A stretch of DNA of 36,373 nucleotides, taken from positions 1 through 36,373 of the forward strand of contig JAHITC010000034.1 in assembly GCA_018817805.1 (NCBI GenBank), given 5' to 3'. The stretch comes from Patescibacteria group bacterium (GTDB lineage Bacteria > Patescibacteriota > Kazan-3B-28 > UBA10110). How positions within the stretch are numbered: position 1 is the stretch's first letter; each line of letters begins with the position of its first letter. The notes beneath the pieces are model-generated. The model worked only from the letters and a program-made list of their open reading frames with translations. It was not told the DNA's origin and did not search any database. This document shows positions 1 through 9,076 of the stretch, in pieces. The translations under genes and the position numbers were made by a program.

Positions 1-41
1 CAGCTAAAAGAGCTAGGTTTAGTAGTTATACCGAAAGAAGA

Positions 42-962
42 ATGAAAACTTTAGCAATTTTCTTAGCAATTTTTAATTTTTTAACTGGTTCTCTCGATAC
101 AGCAAAAGGCGACTTATCGGCAATGATGCTTAATCCAGAGTTGTATCCTTTGAAAACCCTTGCTTTTAAGTTGGCCAGACCAGAACCAGTGCGCAATATG
201 ATGTATGAGGAGCCAAGCGTGGGGGCAACTTCAGCTATTGTGATGGATGCTGAAACAGGTAAAGTGTTATTTGCTAAAAATGCCGAGGAAGATTTGGCTA
301 TGGCGAGCATTACAAAGATAATGACGGCCTTAGTGGTGCTAAGATTTTCTACTAATTTAAACGAAACTTTAGCAGCTTCCGAAAATGCTGTTAAAACTAT
401 TGGTTCTAGAATGTATCTAATGGTTGGGGAGAGATTAACAGTCGATAATTTAATGAGAGGGATGCTAATCGGGTCGGCAAATGATGCAGCGGTAGTTTTA
501 GCGGAGGGGATGCTAGGAAACGAAGCGAGGTTTGTAGAAGAAATGAATAAATATGCAAAAGAGCTAAGTTTAAAAGACACACATTTTACTAACGTATATG
601 GAGCAGATGATCCGAAGCATTATTCTAATGCCGAAGATCTCGCTCGATTAGCTAGCTATGCCCTGCAGAATACGACATTTCGCAACATTGTAGGTACAGA
701 ACAAATGACAGTAGCTGATGTCTCCGGTAAATTCAGCCATAAGCTGCAAAACACTAATAAGCTTGTTGGAAAATATTTAAATGTTATTGGGGTGAAAACA
801 GGCACTACTGCAGAAGCCGGAGCATCGTTAGTAGCGGCTGCTACGGGCGAAAGTGGTCAAACAGTAGTAACGGTACTACTTAATAGCCCAGAGAGGTTTA
901 ACGAAGGCAAGGCACTTCTAGATTGGGCTCTGAAGGCCTATACTTGGATAGAACCGTTATAA
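42..962 (+). CDS. dacA: D-alanyl-D-alanine carboxypeptidase (peptidase S11, PBP5/6-like)
   Basis: SxxK (ASITK), SxN (GSAN) and KTG (VKTGTT) motifs; N-terminal signal/anchor. Confidence 0.9.
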   Translation: MKTLAIFLAIFNFLTGSLDTAKGDLSAMMLNPELYPLKTLAFKLARPEPVRNMMYEEPSVGATSAIVMDAETGKVLFAKNAEEDLAMASITKIMTALVVLRFSTNLNETLAASENAVKTIGSRMYLMVGERLTVDNLMRGMLIGSANDAAVVLAEGMLGNEARFVEEMNKYAKELSLKDTHFTNVYGADDPKHYSNAEDLARLASYALQNTTFRNIVGTEQMTVADVSGKFSHKLQNTNKLVGKYLNVIGVKTGTTAEAGASLVAAATGESGQTVVTVLLNSPERFNEGKALLDWALKAYTWIEPL

Positions 963-972
963 GCTAAAGATT

Positions 973-2319
973 ATGCCAAGACAGAAGCAACCGAAGTTGG
1001 CCGCAATCGTTGGCCGACCCAATGTCGGTAAGTCTACTTTGTTTAATAAGCTAATTGGGTATAGTCAGGCTATTGCGAGCAATATTCCTGGCACCACCAG
1101 AGATGTTTTATATGGAGATACCACATGGAATGGGGTAACTTTTACTATTGCAGATACGGCTGGCCTAGATTTCGACAACGAGGCCTTACAGCAAGATGTA
1201 ATGCTTCAAACCCAGATTGCTGCCGACGATGCCGATTTAATCATTTTCTTAGTGGATGTGCGAGAAGGCTTGCAAGTACTTGACCAAAAGGCAGCGGAGT
1301 TAATTAGGAAATTAAATAAACCAGTGGTGCTAGCCACCAACAAAACCGAAGGTGGCAAATATGATAGTATCGCCTACGATTTTCATAAATTAGGTTTGGG
1401 GGAGCCGATGTTAATTTCGGCGGTGCAAAGTCGGGGAGTAGGAGATTTGTTAGACAAAATTGTACTTAAATTAAAGCGAATTAAGAAAACCTCTCCGCCT
1501 ACTCGCAAAAAAACCGATAAACCACTGGTTAGAGTAGCTTTGCTTGGCAGACCAAATGTTGGAAAATCTACTTTATTTAATCAGTTAATAGGTAAAAAGA
1601 GGGCAGTAACCAGCAATGTACCAGGCACTACTCGTGACACAGTGGCGATGATAATAGAAACAAAAGATTTTGATATAGAACTAATTGATACTGCGGGTAT
1701 TAGAAGGCCAGGCAAGATTAGTGGTGTTATCGAGAAATTTAGTTATCTAAGTTTAATTAGGGCGCTTAGAAGCGCAGACATTGCCCTACTTTTATTAGAA
1801 GCTAACGAGGGGATTATTGCTCAAGATCTGCATATTACTCAGTTAGTACTAGAAGAGAATAAAGGTTTGTTAATTGTTGTTAATAAGTGGGATGCATTAG
1901 ATAAAGATAGCCATGTAACTTCTAACTATGATAGATATTTGGCGCGGAAGTTTGCTTTCGCGAATTGGGTACCACATCTTTATATATCAGCTCTTACTGG
2001 CCAACGTGTCGACAACATCAAAGAATCCATTGGTACAATCTGGGCATCTTTAAATATAAAGATTCCAACCAAAGCATTAAACAACATAATTGCTGATGCG
2101 TATGCTGGTCATCCTCCGGTTGGCAAAAGGACTTTACCTAAAATATATTTTGCTAGTCAGAGAGAGGTAAATCCGCCCACTATTTTGCTTAAGACGAATC
2201 GACCAGAAGAAATCCATTTTTCTTATCTAAGGTATTTAGAGAAAAAAGTTAGGGACAAGTACCCCATGGTGGGTGCACCCCTAAAATGGCAACTAATTAA
2301 AAGCTCTAGCAAAAAGTAA
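973..2319 (+). CDS. der: Ribosome biogenesis GTPase Der (EngA)
   Basis: Two tandem G domains (GRPNVGKS twice, DTAG twice, NKTE/NKWD) plus a C-terminal KH-like domain. Confidence 0.97.
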   Translation: MPRQKQPKLAAIVGRPNVGKSTLFNKLIGYSQAIASNIPGTTRDVLYGDTTWNGVTFTIADTAGLDFDNEALQQDVMLQTQIAADDADLIIFLVDVREGLQVLDQKAAELIRKLNKPVVLATNKTEGGKYDSIAYDFHKLGLGEPMLISAVQSRGVGDLLDKIVLKLKRIKKTSPPTRKKTDKPLVRVALLGRPNVGKSTLFNQLIGKKRAVTSNVPGTTRDTVAMIIETKDFDIELIDTAGIRRPGKISGVIEKFSYLSLIRALRSADIALLLLEANEGIIAQDLHITQLVLEENKGLLIVVNKWDALDKDSHVTSNYDRYLARKFAFANWVPHLYISALTGQRVDNIKESIGTIWASLNIKIPTKALNNIIADAYAGHPPVGKRTLPKIYFASQREVNPPTILLKTNRPEEIHFSYLRYLEKKVRDKYPMVGAPLKWQLIKSSSKK

Positions 2320-2321
2320 GG

Positions 2322-2350
2322 TTGCATGACAAAGATAATTTTGCTATGAT
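2322..2350 (+). promoter_or_regulatory. Sigma70-type promoter for candidate sRNA
   Basis: TTGCAT (2322-2327), 17 nt spacer, extended -10 TGcTATGAT (2342-2350). Confidence 0.65.
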
Positions 2351-2355
2351 CAGAC

Positions 2356-2483
2356 ACGTGGCATAATTCGGGGTTTATTGGAAATAACACCAAGGGTGTT
2401 GTATAGGGGGCTTTGACCCCACGATAAACTACCGATGGGGTTCATACCCAGAAAGGCTCACCTTAAGTGGGCCTTATTTTTTA
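2356..2483 (+). ncRNA. Candidate structured small RNA, family not recognised
   Basis: Lies between a promoter and an intrinsic terminator; no ORF; three-way junction plus hairpin predicted by eye. Confidence 0.5.
2453..2482 (+). terminator. Intrinsic terminator
   Basis: AAGGCTCAC-cttaa-GTGGGCCTT followed by ATTTTTT. Confidence 0.8.
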
Positions 2484-2600
2484 TGCAACAAATATATTTA
2501 TATGCCATGGGAGAGTGTTTTTGTTGACTGCCCGTTTATATGAGTGGTACGATAAGCAAGCGTTCATTACCTTTACATTTACTATAAGTGAGGCTTGCTT

Positions 2601-2696
2601 ATGGATCCAAGTGCAAAGAAAGTGATTATTTTACTATCAATTACTGTGCTAGGTGCTGGTGTTTATCTTTTGTGTTATTTTAATTCCATTGTTTGA
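2601..2696 (+). CDS. 31-aa single-TM small protein (MDPSAKKVIILLSITVLGAGVYLLCYFNSIV)
   Basis: Not in the ORF track; promoter TTGACT-18-TACGAT, SD-like GTGAGG, hydrophobic core, own terminator. Confidence 0.6.
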   Translation: MDPSAKKVIILLSITVLGAGVYLLCYFNSIV

Positions 2697-2717
2697 GATC
2701 ATTGGAATGGAAATCTG

Positions 2718-2746
2718 ACCCATCATTAATTGATGGGTTTTTATTT
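2718..2746 (+). terminator. Intrinsic terminator
   Basis: ACCCATCA-ttaat-TGATGGGT followed by a T-tract. Confidence 0.8.
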
Positions 2747-2791
2747 AGTGATATAATACAAGTGTCATATCCTAACCCATGGGAGGAATTT

Positions 2792-3043
2792 ATGGCAGAA
2801 GGAAAGTTAGTTGGTAAAGTCGTTCACTATTACGACAAAATAGGGGTGGCTATTATTGAGCTCGCCGGCACACTTAAGGTTGGTGACAAGGTTAAGTTTG
2901 TCAAAGGTGACGACGAGGTCGAACAGGCCATTGTTTCGCTTCAGATTGAGCGAGAGGAAGTCGGGTCGGCAAAGAAAGGCCAAGTAGTTGGCATCAAAGC
3001 AGATTCGGTTGTTAAGGAAGGTACCAAAGTCTACTTGCTGTAA
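2792..3043 (+). CDS. Small translation-factor-like beta-barrel protein (EF-Tu domain 2 / U32 C-terminal-like), 83 aa
   Basis: VGKVVHYYDKIGVA...LKVGDKV...SLQIE...AKKGQVVGIK pattern; start moved to ATG 2792 because of the GGGAGG SD. Confidence 0.8.
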   Translation: MAEGKLVGKVVHYYDKIGVAIIELAGTLKVGDKVKFVKGDDEVEQAIVSLQIEREEVGSAKKGQVVGIKADSVVKEGTKVYLL

Positions 3044-3567
3044 TGAAACTAATCGTAGGGCTTGGTAATCCAGGTGCGAAGTATCAAAAAACGCGCCACA
3101 ATATTGGTTTTCGGTTAATTGATAAATTAGCCGGCGACCTTGAATTAAATTTTAGAACCAACCAAAAGCTACATTCTGAAATTGCGACTATTAAGGGTAG
3201 CCTAATATTGATGAAGCCTCAAACTTTTATGAATAACTCTGGTATTGCAGTAAAGGCAGTTATGCGAAAACAGGGCATAAAACCAGAAGATGTTTTGGTA
3301 ATCTACGATGATATCGATATGATTCTCGGTAAAGTGCGATTCAAAGCGGAGGGTAGCAGCGGTGGACACAATGGTATGCAATCAGTTATTGACGCGTTAG
3401 GTACCAACGCAATTGCTAGAATTAAAATTGGCATTGGTAGGTCTGATAGGTTGCCACCAGATAAACATGTGCTGGGAATGTTCTCAAAAGAAGAACTACC
3501 TCAAATTAAAATGAGCCTAGAAGAGGCAGATAAATTGATTAAAACTAAGTTCCCAATTGAAAAATAA
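3043..3567 (+). CDS. pth: Peptidyl-tRNA hydrolase
   Basis: LIVGLGNPG, TRHNIGF, KPQTFMN and GGHNG motifs. Confidence 0.97.
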   Translation: MKLIVGLGNPGAKYQKTRHNIGFRLIDKLAGDLELNFRTNQKLHSEIATIKGSLILMKPQTFMNNSGIAVKAVMRKQGIKPEDVLVIYDDIDMILGKVRFKAEGSSGGHNGMQSVIDALGTNAIARIKIGIGRSDRLPPDKHVLGMFSKEELPQIKMSLEEADKLIKTKFPIEK

Positions 3568-3587
3568 GCAGAATTTGGGTAAGCTAA

Positions 3588-3875
3588 GAGAGGCGGTTAG
3601 CCCTTCAATATCGCTAGTTCGATGGCGATGAAGTTTGTTATTGAAGTGCTATGTGCCTCTCCTAACCCTCTCCCCCAAGATTAATATAGATGCCGAGCCC
3701 GAGGGCTTTTGACCGGACTCCAACAAGTAAATGTGAGTCGGGGCACCTATTTAAGTGACAAGTAAGGGGAATCTTGCCCGCGAGCTGAATCCAAGGAGGG
3801 TAGGACATTAGCTCACAAGGCAAGACTCCACTTGCTTAATCAGGTAAAACAAACATCATTTTGTTAAAGTAATCT
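3588..3875 (-). ncRNA. Candidate large structured ncRNA (about 200-290 nt), family not recognised
   Basis: Near-consensus minus-strand promoter; several long stems whose mismatches become G-U pairs on the minus strand; no substantial ORF. Confidence 0.5.
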
Positions 3876-3879
3876 CCTA

Positions 3880-3908
3880 ATTATAACATATAATTTGTAA
3901 TTGGTCAA
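3880..3908 (-). promoter_or_regulatory. Strong sigma70 promoter divergent from mfd
   Basis: Minus strand TTGACC (3908-3903), 17 nt spacer, TGtTATAAT (-10 at 3885-3880). Confidence 0.7.
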
Positions 3909-3911
3909 GAG

Positions 3912-6900
3912 GTGAGTTCGTCAATATTCGATCTATTGGTCGCCAAATTTGGAAATCTATCCGCTTATAAATTACTTAAGGGGAAGCTTGCCAACGGTAA
4001 AACTTATATTACCGGTCTTAATAATTTAGGCAAGTTAATTTTACTCTCTGAAACTGCCAAGGAAACTAAGAAAAAGATCGTTTATATTATTAAAAGTGAG
4101 GGTGAACAAATTACTCTTGATCGAGAGTTGAAGCATTTAACTAATCAATCGTTATATGTTTACCCCGATTTAAAGTCCGAGCATATTAATCGCCAGGAAT
4201 ATGTTAGGAATTTTGAAATGCGTTCTAAAATTACTCGTGCGTTTATGAAATCGAATGATGGTATCTATATTTTTCCAGTAAATGCGCTCATAGAACCAAT
4301 GACGAATCCAGTAAGTTTGTTCAGCATCAAATTAGGGGAAAAACAAAATCCTGAAAAAATTATCGCCAATTTAGTTGCTGCTGGGTACGAACGTCAGCAA
4401 AAAGTATTTCAAGCTGGTGAAGTGGCACTGCGCGGTGGCATCCTAGACATTTTTTCGGTTAATCGCGATCGTCCGTTGCGGATTGAGTTTGATGGTGAAG
4501 AAATAATTTCTATTAATGAGTTTGATCCAGTCGAGAATAAGCTACTCTTAAAGCTAACTACTGCCGAAATTCTATCTCTGAAGAGTGAAAAGATGAATAG
4601 CTACTTACTGGATATTGTTGAAGAGAACCCTAAAGACTATCTGTTAATTTTTAACCAAGCTGATGAAATCTTTCAGTTGTTATATGAGCTATATCAAGGC
4701 AACAGCCAGCACGATAGCGACATCTTAACTACTGTTAGTCGTCAGCTAGACGCTTTGTTCGCTTGGTATTTTGTAAGTATTCCACCAACAGAAGAGGGAC
4801 TGGTAAGGTTCGATTTAGAAAGTGCTCCATTGTTTGCAAATGATTTAAATAAACTATCCATCGAAATTAAAAAATATTTGAAAAAAAATTGGCAAGTTAT
4901 TCTAGCAACTACTAACAAGACGTTTTTGCCCGCATTGGCAGAACACGATTTAGCGGTAAGCAATGATGTAAATGATGGCTTAGTGCTAACAGAAATGAAA
5001 CTGGCGGAAGGGTTTGTGAGTCCTTCGTTAAAAACATTGTTACTAACAGATCAAGAAATTTTTGCACCAGTTATTAAAAGATCGCAAGAAGCACAAAAAA
5101 CTCCAAAAAAGAGACAACTGGCATTTTTGGCACAGATTGCTAAAGGTGATCATGTAGTACATATCGATTATGGGGTGGGGGAATTAACCGATATTAATAC
5201 TATTACAATCAATGGTGTGGCGCGGGAATATTTAATTATTCAGTATGCTGGTGCAGATAAAATTTATGTACCCATCGATCAGATTGATAAAGTTAGCAAA
5301 TACATCTCGGTTACTGGTGAAAAGCCAGTATTATCTAAACTTAATTCGCAAAGTTGGAAGCGATTGGTCAGTCGCATTAAAAAAGAATCTCAGGAATTTG
5401 CAAAAGAACTCTTAGACCTTTATGCAAAAAGGGCACTGAAAGAAGGCATCGCTTTTGATAGTGCAGAATTTTGGGAGAAGTCATTGGCCGATTCGTTTGC
5501 TTATAAAGAAACACCAGATCAAGAGCAGGTTATTCTAGACATAATACATGATATGGAAAAACCAAAACCAATGGATCGCTTGTTAGTGGCAGATGTTGGC
5601 TTTGGAAAAACTGAAGTAGCAGTTAGGGCCGCTTTTAAGGCAGTAACTTCTGGATTTCAGGTTGCGCTGCTCGCTCCAACCACTATTTTAGTAGAACAAC
5701 ATGTTAAAACCTTCACTGAGCGCCTAAGTCCCTTCGGTGTCCAAGTGGCGGCGTTAAGCAGATTTCGTTCGACAGTTGAACAAAAACGGATTGTTGCTGG
5801 GCTAAAAACTCGTGAAGTAGATGTGATTATAGGGACACATCGTTTGCTTTCTAAGGATATTCGATTTGCCAATTTAGGGTTAATTATTGTAGATGAGGAG
5901 CAAAGGTTTGGTGTACGCCATAAGGAAAGGTTAAAGATGCTTCGCTCGGAAGTCGATGTGCTAAGTTTAACTGCTACGCCAATCCCGCGGACATTAAACT
6001 TGGCTCTTTCGGGCATTAGAGATATTAGTGTTATTGAAACTCCGCCAGTTAATCGTTTGCCAATTCAAACTTCTGTGTCACCGTTCGATATGGAATCGGT
6101 AAAGAATTCTATTTTGAATGAAATTAAACGTGGTGGCCAGGTATATTTTGTGCATAATCGAGTGGCTACTATTGCAAGTGTAACGAATAAGTTAAAAGAA
6201 GTTTTGCCGGAAGTCAGATTTGTTTATGGTCATGGCCAAATGCCGGAACGATTGCTAGCAAAAATTATGGAAGATTTTAGTCAAGGGCAGTACGACTGTT
6301 TGGTGGCTAGCACAATTATTGAGAATGGCCTCGATAATCCCAATGTAAATACTCTAATTGTAGACAATGCTGGCTTTTTTGGTTTGTCGCAGTTACATCA
6401 ACTTAGGGGTCGCATTGGTCGTGGGAAAATTCAGGCCTATGCATATTTTTATTACAACCCTGGCAAACTCTCTGGTAGGGCATTGGAACGGCTTAAAACC
6501 ATTGCTGGGCACACAGAGTTAGGCAGTGGTTACCAAATTGCTTTGCGGGATATGCAAATTAGAGGGGCTGGGGGGGTGCTATCTAGCCGGCAACATGGCC
6601 ATATTAGTGCAGTTGGTTTAACTTTATATACCAAATTGCTTAATAGAACAGTAGAAGAATTAAGGTCTGGGCTTAGACCAAAAGTTGATAACATTACTGT
6701 TGATCTACCCATTTCGGCATACTTGCCAGATAGTTATATCGATAACGAAGCTCAACGAATTAAAACCTATCAGCATTTGGCTTTAATTGAAAATGAAAGA
6801 GAGCTTAAGGAAGCTAGAATAGAATTGGCCGAGAAATTTGGAGCGCTACCTAAAGAGGTTAATAGTTTATTTGATCTTTTGCACCTTAAGTTATTCGCTC

Positions 6901-7136
6901 TTAAAAGTCAAAAAGTTCAATCGATTGTGGCTCGAAATATTGCTCCATCTGGTGTTAAAGTACCAGTCTATTTGGCAACCATAACATTAGTAATACCCAT
7001 AAAAGATATGGATGTACTGAAAGCGCTAACAAAAACTGGATTTAAATGTGATGGAAGATCAATTCAGGTTCCACTGGCTGCATTAGGCAACAACTGGATC
7101 GAAGGAATCAAAAAGATTATTGGTTTGTTAAAATAG
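3912..7136 (+). CDS. mfd: Transcription-repair coupling factor
   Basis: UvrB-homology region, CarD-like RID (VVHIDYGVG), DVGFGKT, DEEQRFG, TATPIPRT, QLRGRIGR, TRCF C-terminus. Confidence 0.97.
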   Translation: MSSSIFDLLVAKFGNLSAYKLLKGKLANGKTYITGLNNLGKLILLSETAKETKKKIVYIIKSEGEQITLDRELKHLTNQSLYVYPDLKSEHINRQEYVRNFEMRSKITRAFMKSNDGIYIFPVNALIEPMTNPVSLFSIKLGEKQNPEKIIANLVAAGYERQQKVFQAGEVALRGGILDIFSVNRDRPLRIEFDGEEIISINEFDPVENKLLLKLTTAEILSLKSEKMNSYLLDIVEENPKDYLLIFNQADEIFQLLYELYQGNSQHDSDILTTVSRQLDALFAWYFVSIPPTEEGLVRFDLESAPLFANDLNKLSIEIKKYLKKNWQVILATTNKTFLPALAEHDLAVSNDVNDGLVLTEMKLAEGFVSPSLKTLLLTDQEIFAPVIKRSQEAQKTPKKRQLAFLAQIAKGDHVVHIDYGVGELTDINTITINGVAREYLIIQYAGADKIYVPIDQIDKVSKYISVTGEKPVLSKLNSQSWKRLVSRIKKESQEFAKELLDLYAKRALKEGIAFDSAEFWEKSLADSFAYKETPDQEQVILDIIHDMEKPKPMDRLLVADVGFGKTEVAVRAAFKAVTSGFQVALLAPTTILVEQHVKTFTERLSPFGVQVAALSRFRSTVEQKRIVAGLKTREVDVIIGTHRLLSKDIRFANLGLIIVDEEQRFGVRHKERLKMLRSEVDVLSLTATPIPRTLNLALSGIRDISVIETPPVNRLPIQTSVSPFDMESVKNSILNEIKRGGQVYFVHNRVATIASVTNKLKEVLPEVRFVYGHGQMPERLLAKIMEDFSQGQYDCLVASTIIENGLDNPNVNTLIVDNAGFFGLSQLHQLRGRIGRGKIQAYAYFYYNPGKLSGRALERLKTIAGHTELGSGYQIALRDMQIRGAGGVLSSRQHGHISAVGLTLYTKLLNRTVEELRSGLRPKVDNITVDLPISAYLPDSYIDNEAQRIKTYQHLALIENERELKEARIELAEKFGALPKEVNSLFDLLHLKLFALKSQKVQSIVARNIAPSGVKVPVYLATITLVIPIKDMDVLKALTKTGFKCDGRSIQVPLAALGNNWIEGIKKIIGLLK

Positions 7137-7155
7137 ATTAGGAGGAGATTAAAAC

Positions 7156-7578
7156 ATGAAAATTAAAGATTTGAGTTGGTTGCAAGTTGTGTTGCTATTC
7201 ATCGGAGTTATTTTTACTAGTTGGGTATTGTACAGTGAACCAATGAGCAATTTTTGGCTAAATTTATATTTTTACAGTTTTTTGATATTCCTAGTTACTT
7301 GGTTAATGGGAATATATGTTCTGCGGGCAGGAAACAAAAGTTTACAATTAATTTTACAAAAACGATTAGTAGCAACATTAAGTATAGGTGCATTTCTTAC
7401 AACGGTTAATTTTGGTCTTTCGGCCTGTAATTTCTATAATAAACGCTTCTGTGCTCCTACTTGCCGAGTGGGTATAGATAATCCGCTGGTGTCACCTTGT
7501 TTTTATGGAGCAATAATTTTTCTAATTAGCTTGTGGGTGGCAATAAAATTGTATAAAAAATTTAAGAAAGTTCAGTAA
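7156..7578 (+). CDS. Cys-containing 4-TM membrane protein, possibly DsbB/VKOR-like
   Basis: Four hydrophobic segments; loop with four Cys ending SPCFYG; AGGAGG SD. Confidence 0.6.
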   Translation: MKIKDLSWLQVVLLFIGVIFTSWVLYSEPMSNFWLNLYFYSFLIFLVTWLMGIYVLRAGNKSLQLILQKRLVATLSIGAFLTTVNFGLSACNFYNKRFCAPTCRVGIDNPLVSPCFYGAIIFLISLWVAIKLYKKFKKVQ

Positions 7579-8180
7579 TGGATCTCTTTTCTGGAGCGGT
7601 ACTAGTCAGTCTAATAAAAACTGTCGGATATATAGGCATATTCTCCATAGTGTTTGCTGAGTCTGGTCTGTTCTTTGGGTTCTTTTTACCAGGAGATAGT
7701 TTGCTGTTTACAGCTGGGCTTTTGGCATCTCAAGGATATTTAAATATTTGGTTAACTGTAGTTGGCATATCTGTAGCGGCTATCCTTGGCGATAATGTAG
7801 GATATGCTTTTGGTAGAAAAGTTGGACCTAAGATATTTAGAAGGGAAGATTCCCGCTTTTTCCATAAAGATAATTTAATTAAAGCAGAGAAGTTTTATCA
7901 GAAACACGGGCCTCTAACTATTGTCATAGCCAGGTTCATGCCATTTATTCGCACATTTGCTCCGATTGTAGCCGGGGTTGGGAAGATGCACTACAAAACA
8001 TTTCTGTTATATAACATCGCTGGTGGGTTAATTTGGTCTTTTAGTCTACCGTTATCTGGATATTATTTAACTGAACTGATCCCTGACATCGAAAGCTATA
8101 TTACTTATGTCATCCTGCTGATTATATTTTTATCTACGTTTCCGATTGTTTTCCATTGGTTGAAATCGAAAAACAAGTAG
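7578..8180 (+). CDS. dedA: DedA/VTT family membrane protein
   Basis: FAESGLFFGFFLPGDSLLFTAG, GDNVGY and ARFMPFIRTFAPIVAG signatures. Confidence 0.95.
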   Translation: MDLFSGAVLVSLIKTVGYIGIFSIVFAESGLFFGFFLPGDSLLFTAGLLASQGYLNIWLTVVGISVAAILGDNVGYAFGRKVGPKIFRREDSRFFHKDNLIKAEKFYQKHGPLTIVIARFMPFIRTFAPIVAGVGKMHYKTFLLYNIAGGLIWSFSLPLSGYYLTELIPDIESYITYVILLIIFLSTFPIVFHWLKSKNK

Positions 8181-8256
8181 TGCGTATGTGTGTTTTTGCG
8201 CTCTGGAAGCTAATAAACTTGACAGATGAGCAAAAATGATATATGGTGGGTGCACT

Positions 8257-9033
8257 ATGAAGAAACTACTTATTATATCTTCAATGATCTTAGGCATAGT
8301 TCTTTTGCCTACAACTTTAGCCACTGATGTGACTCAAGCTGAAGAAATACAGGTCAATATACCTGATGTAGCCCAAGAGGTTGAATATATACCTGAAATA
8401 GCAACAGGGGAGATACCAAAGCTCTCTCTGCCGTTTAATGTAGCTTCTCAATGGACAAGCGCAGATTCAAGTACCGCTGGTGTTACCTGGCAGGCAGGAG
8501 ATCAGAATATTAGGTTTGCCATTCAGGGCGGTAAATTCGCCACTAGTAGCCCGGACGATACTTGGTTTGTCTATGGTTGGTTTGGGCCAATTAAGGCCAT
8601 TCAGGAGGACTACAACATCAAATATCCCCAGTGGGGAGACAGACATAACGGCATAGATTTTGCTGGTAGGGTTGGTTTAGAAATAACATCAGCCAATAAT
8701 GGCAAAGTGGTCTTTGCAGGTAATAAATATGGGAAAACAGTAGTTGTTGAAGCTGGCAAATACAAAATTACTTACAGCCATTTGCAAGATATTGTTGTTA
8801 AGGTAGGGGATATTGTGCAAACAGGAGAGTTAATTGGCCATTTAGGAACTAGCGGAACAGTTAACCCGCATCTACACTTTGAAGTAGATAAAATTGAAGC
8901 TGGAGTACGTTGGGCAATAAACCCAGTGCCACTAATTAATGCTAATTGGAACAAAGTAATTATTCCCAACGCTAAAGCTAATCAATTCTTAAATGAAAAA
9001 ACACCATTCGAACAGACAAACTTTGTGTGGTAA
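8257..9033 (+). CDS. Secreted M23 family metallopeptidase
   Basis: HNGID, YSHL and PHLHFE motifs; signal peptide from MKKLL (start 8257 preferred; TTGACA-17-TATGGT promoter upstream). Confidence 0.9.
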   Translation: MKKLLIISSMILGIVLLPTTLATDVTQAEEIQVNIPDVAQEVEYIPEIATGEIPKLSLPFNVASQWTSADSSTAGVTWQAGDQNIRFAIQGGKFATSSPDDTWFVYGWFGPIKAIQEDYNIKYPQWGDRHNGIDFAGRVGLEITSANNGKVVFAGNKYGKTVVVEAGKYKITYSHLQDIVVKVGDIVQTGELIGHLGTSGTVNPHLHFEVDKIEAGVRWAINPVPLINANWNKVIIPNAKANQFLNEKTPFEQTNFVW

Positions 9034-9076
9034 TACTTTGAAATCTAGTTGTTAAATTTCTAAGGGAGGTGCAGTA

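Noticed and set aside
2432-2483. Fluoride riboswitch (CGATGGGGTTC resemblance)
   Set aside because: The downstream GCUGAUGAC-like element is missing and no fluoride-related gene follows
3568-3911. RNase P RNA, tmRNA, SRP or T-box
   Set aside because: No GAGGAAAGUCC, no tRNA-like ends or tag ORF, and no SRP or T-box consensus seen on either strand
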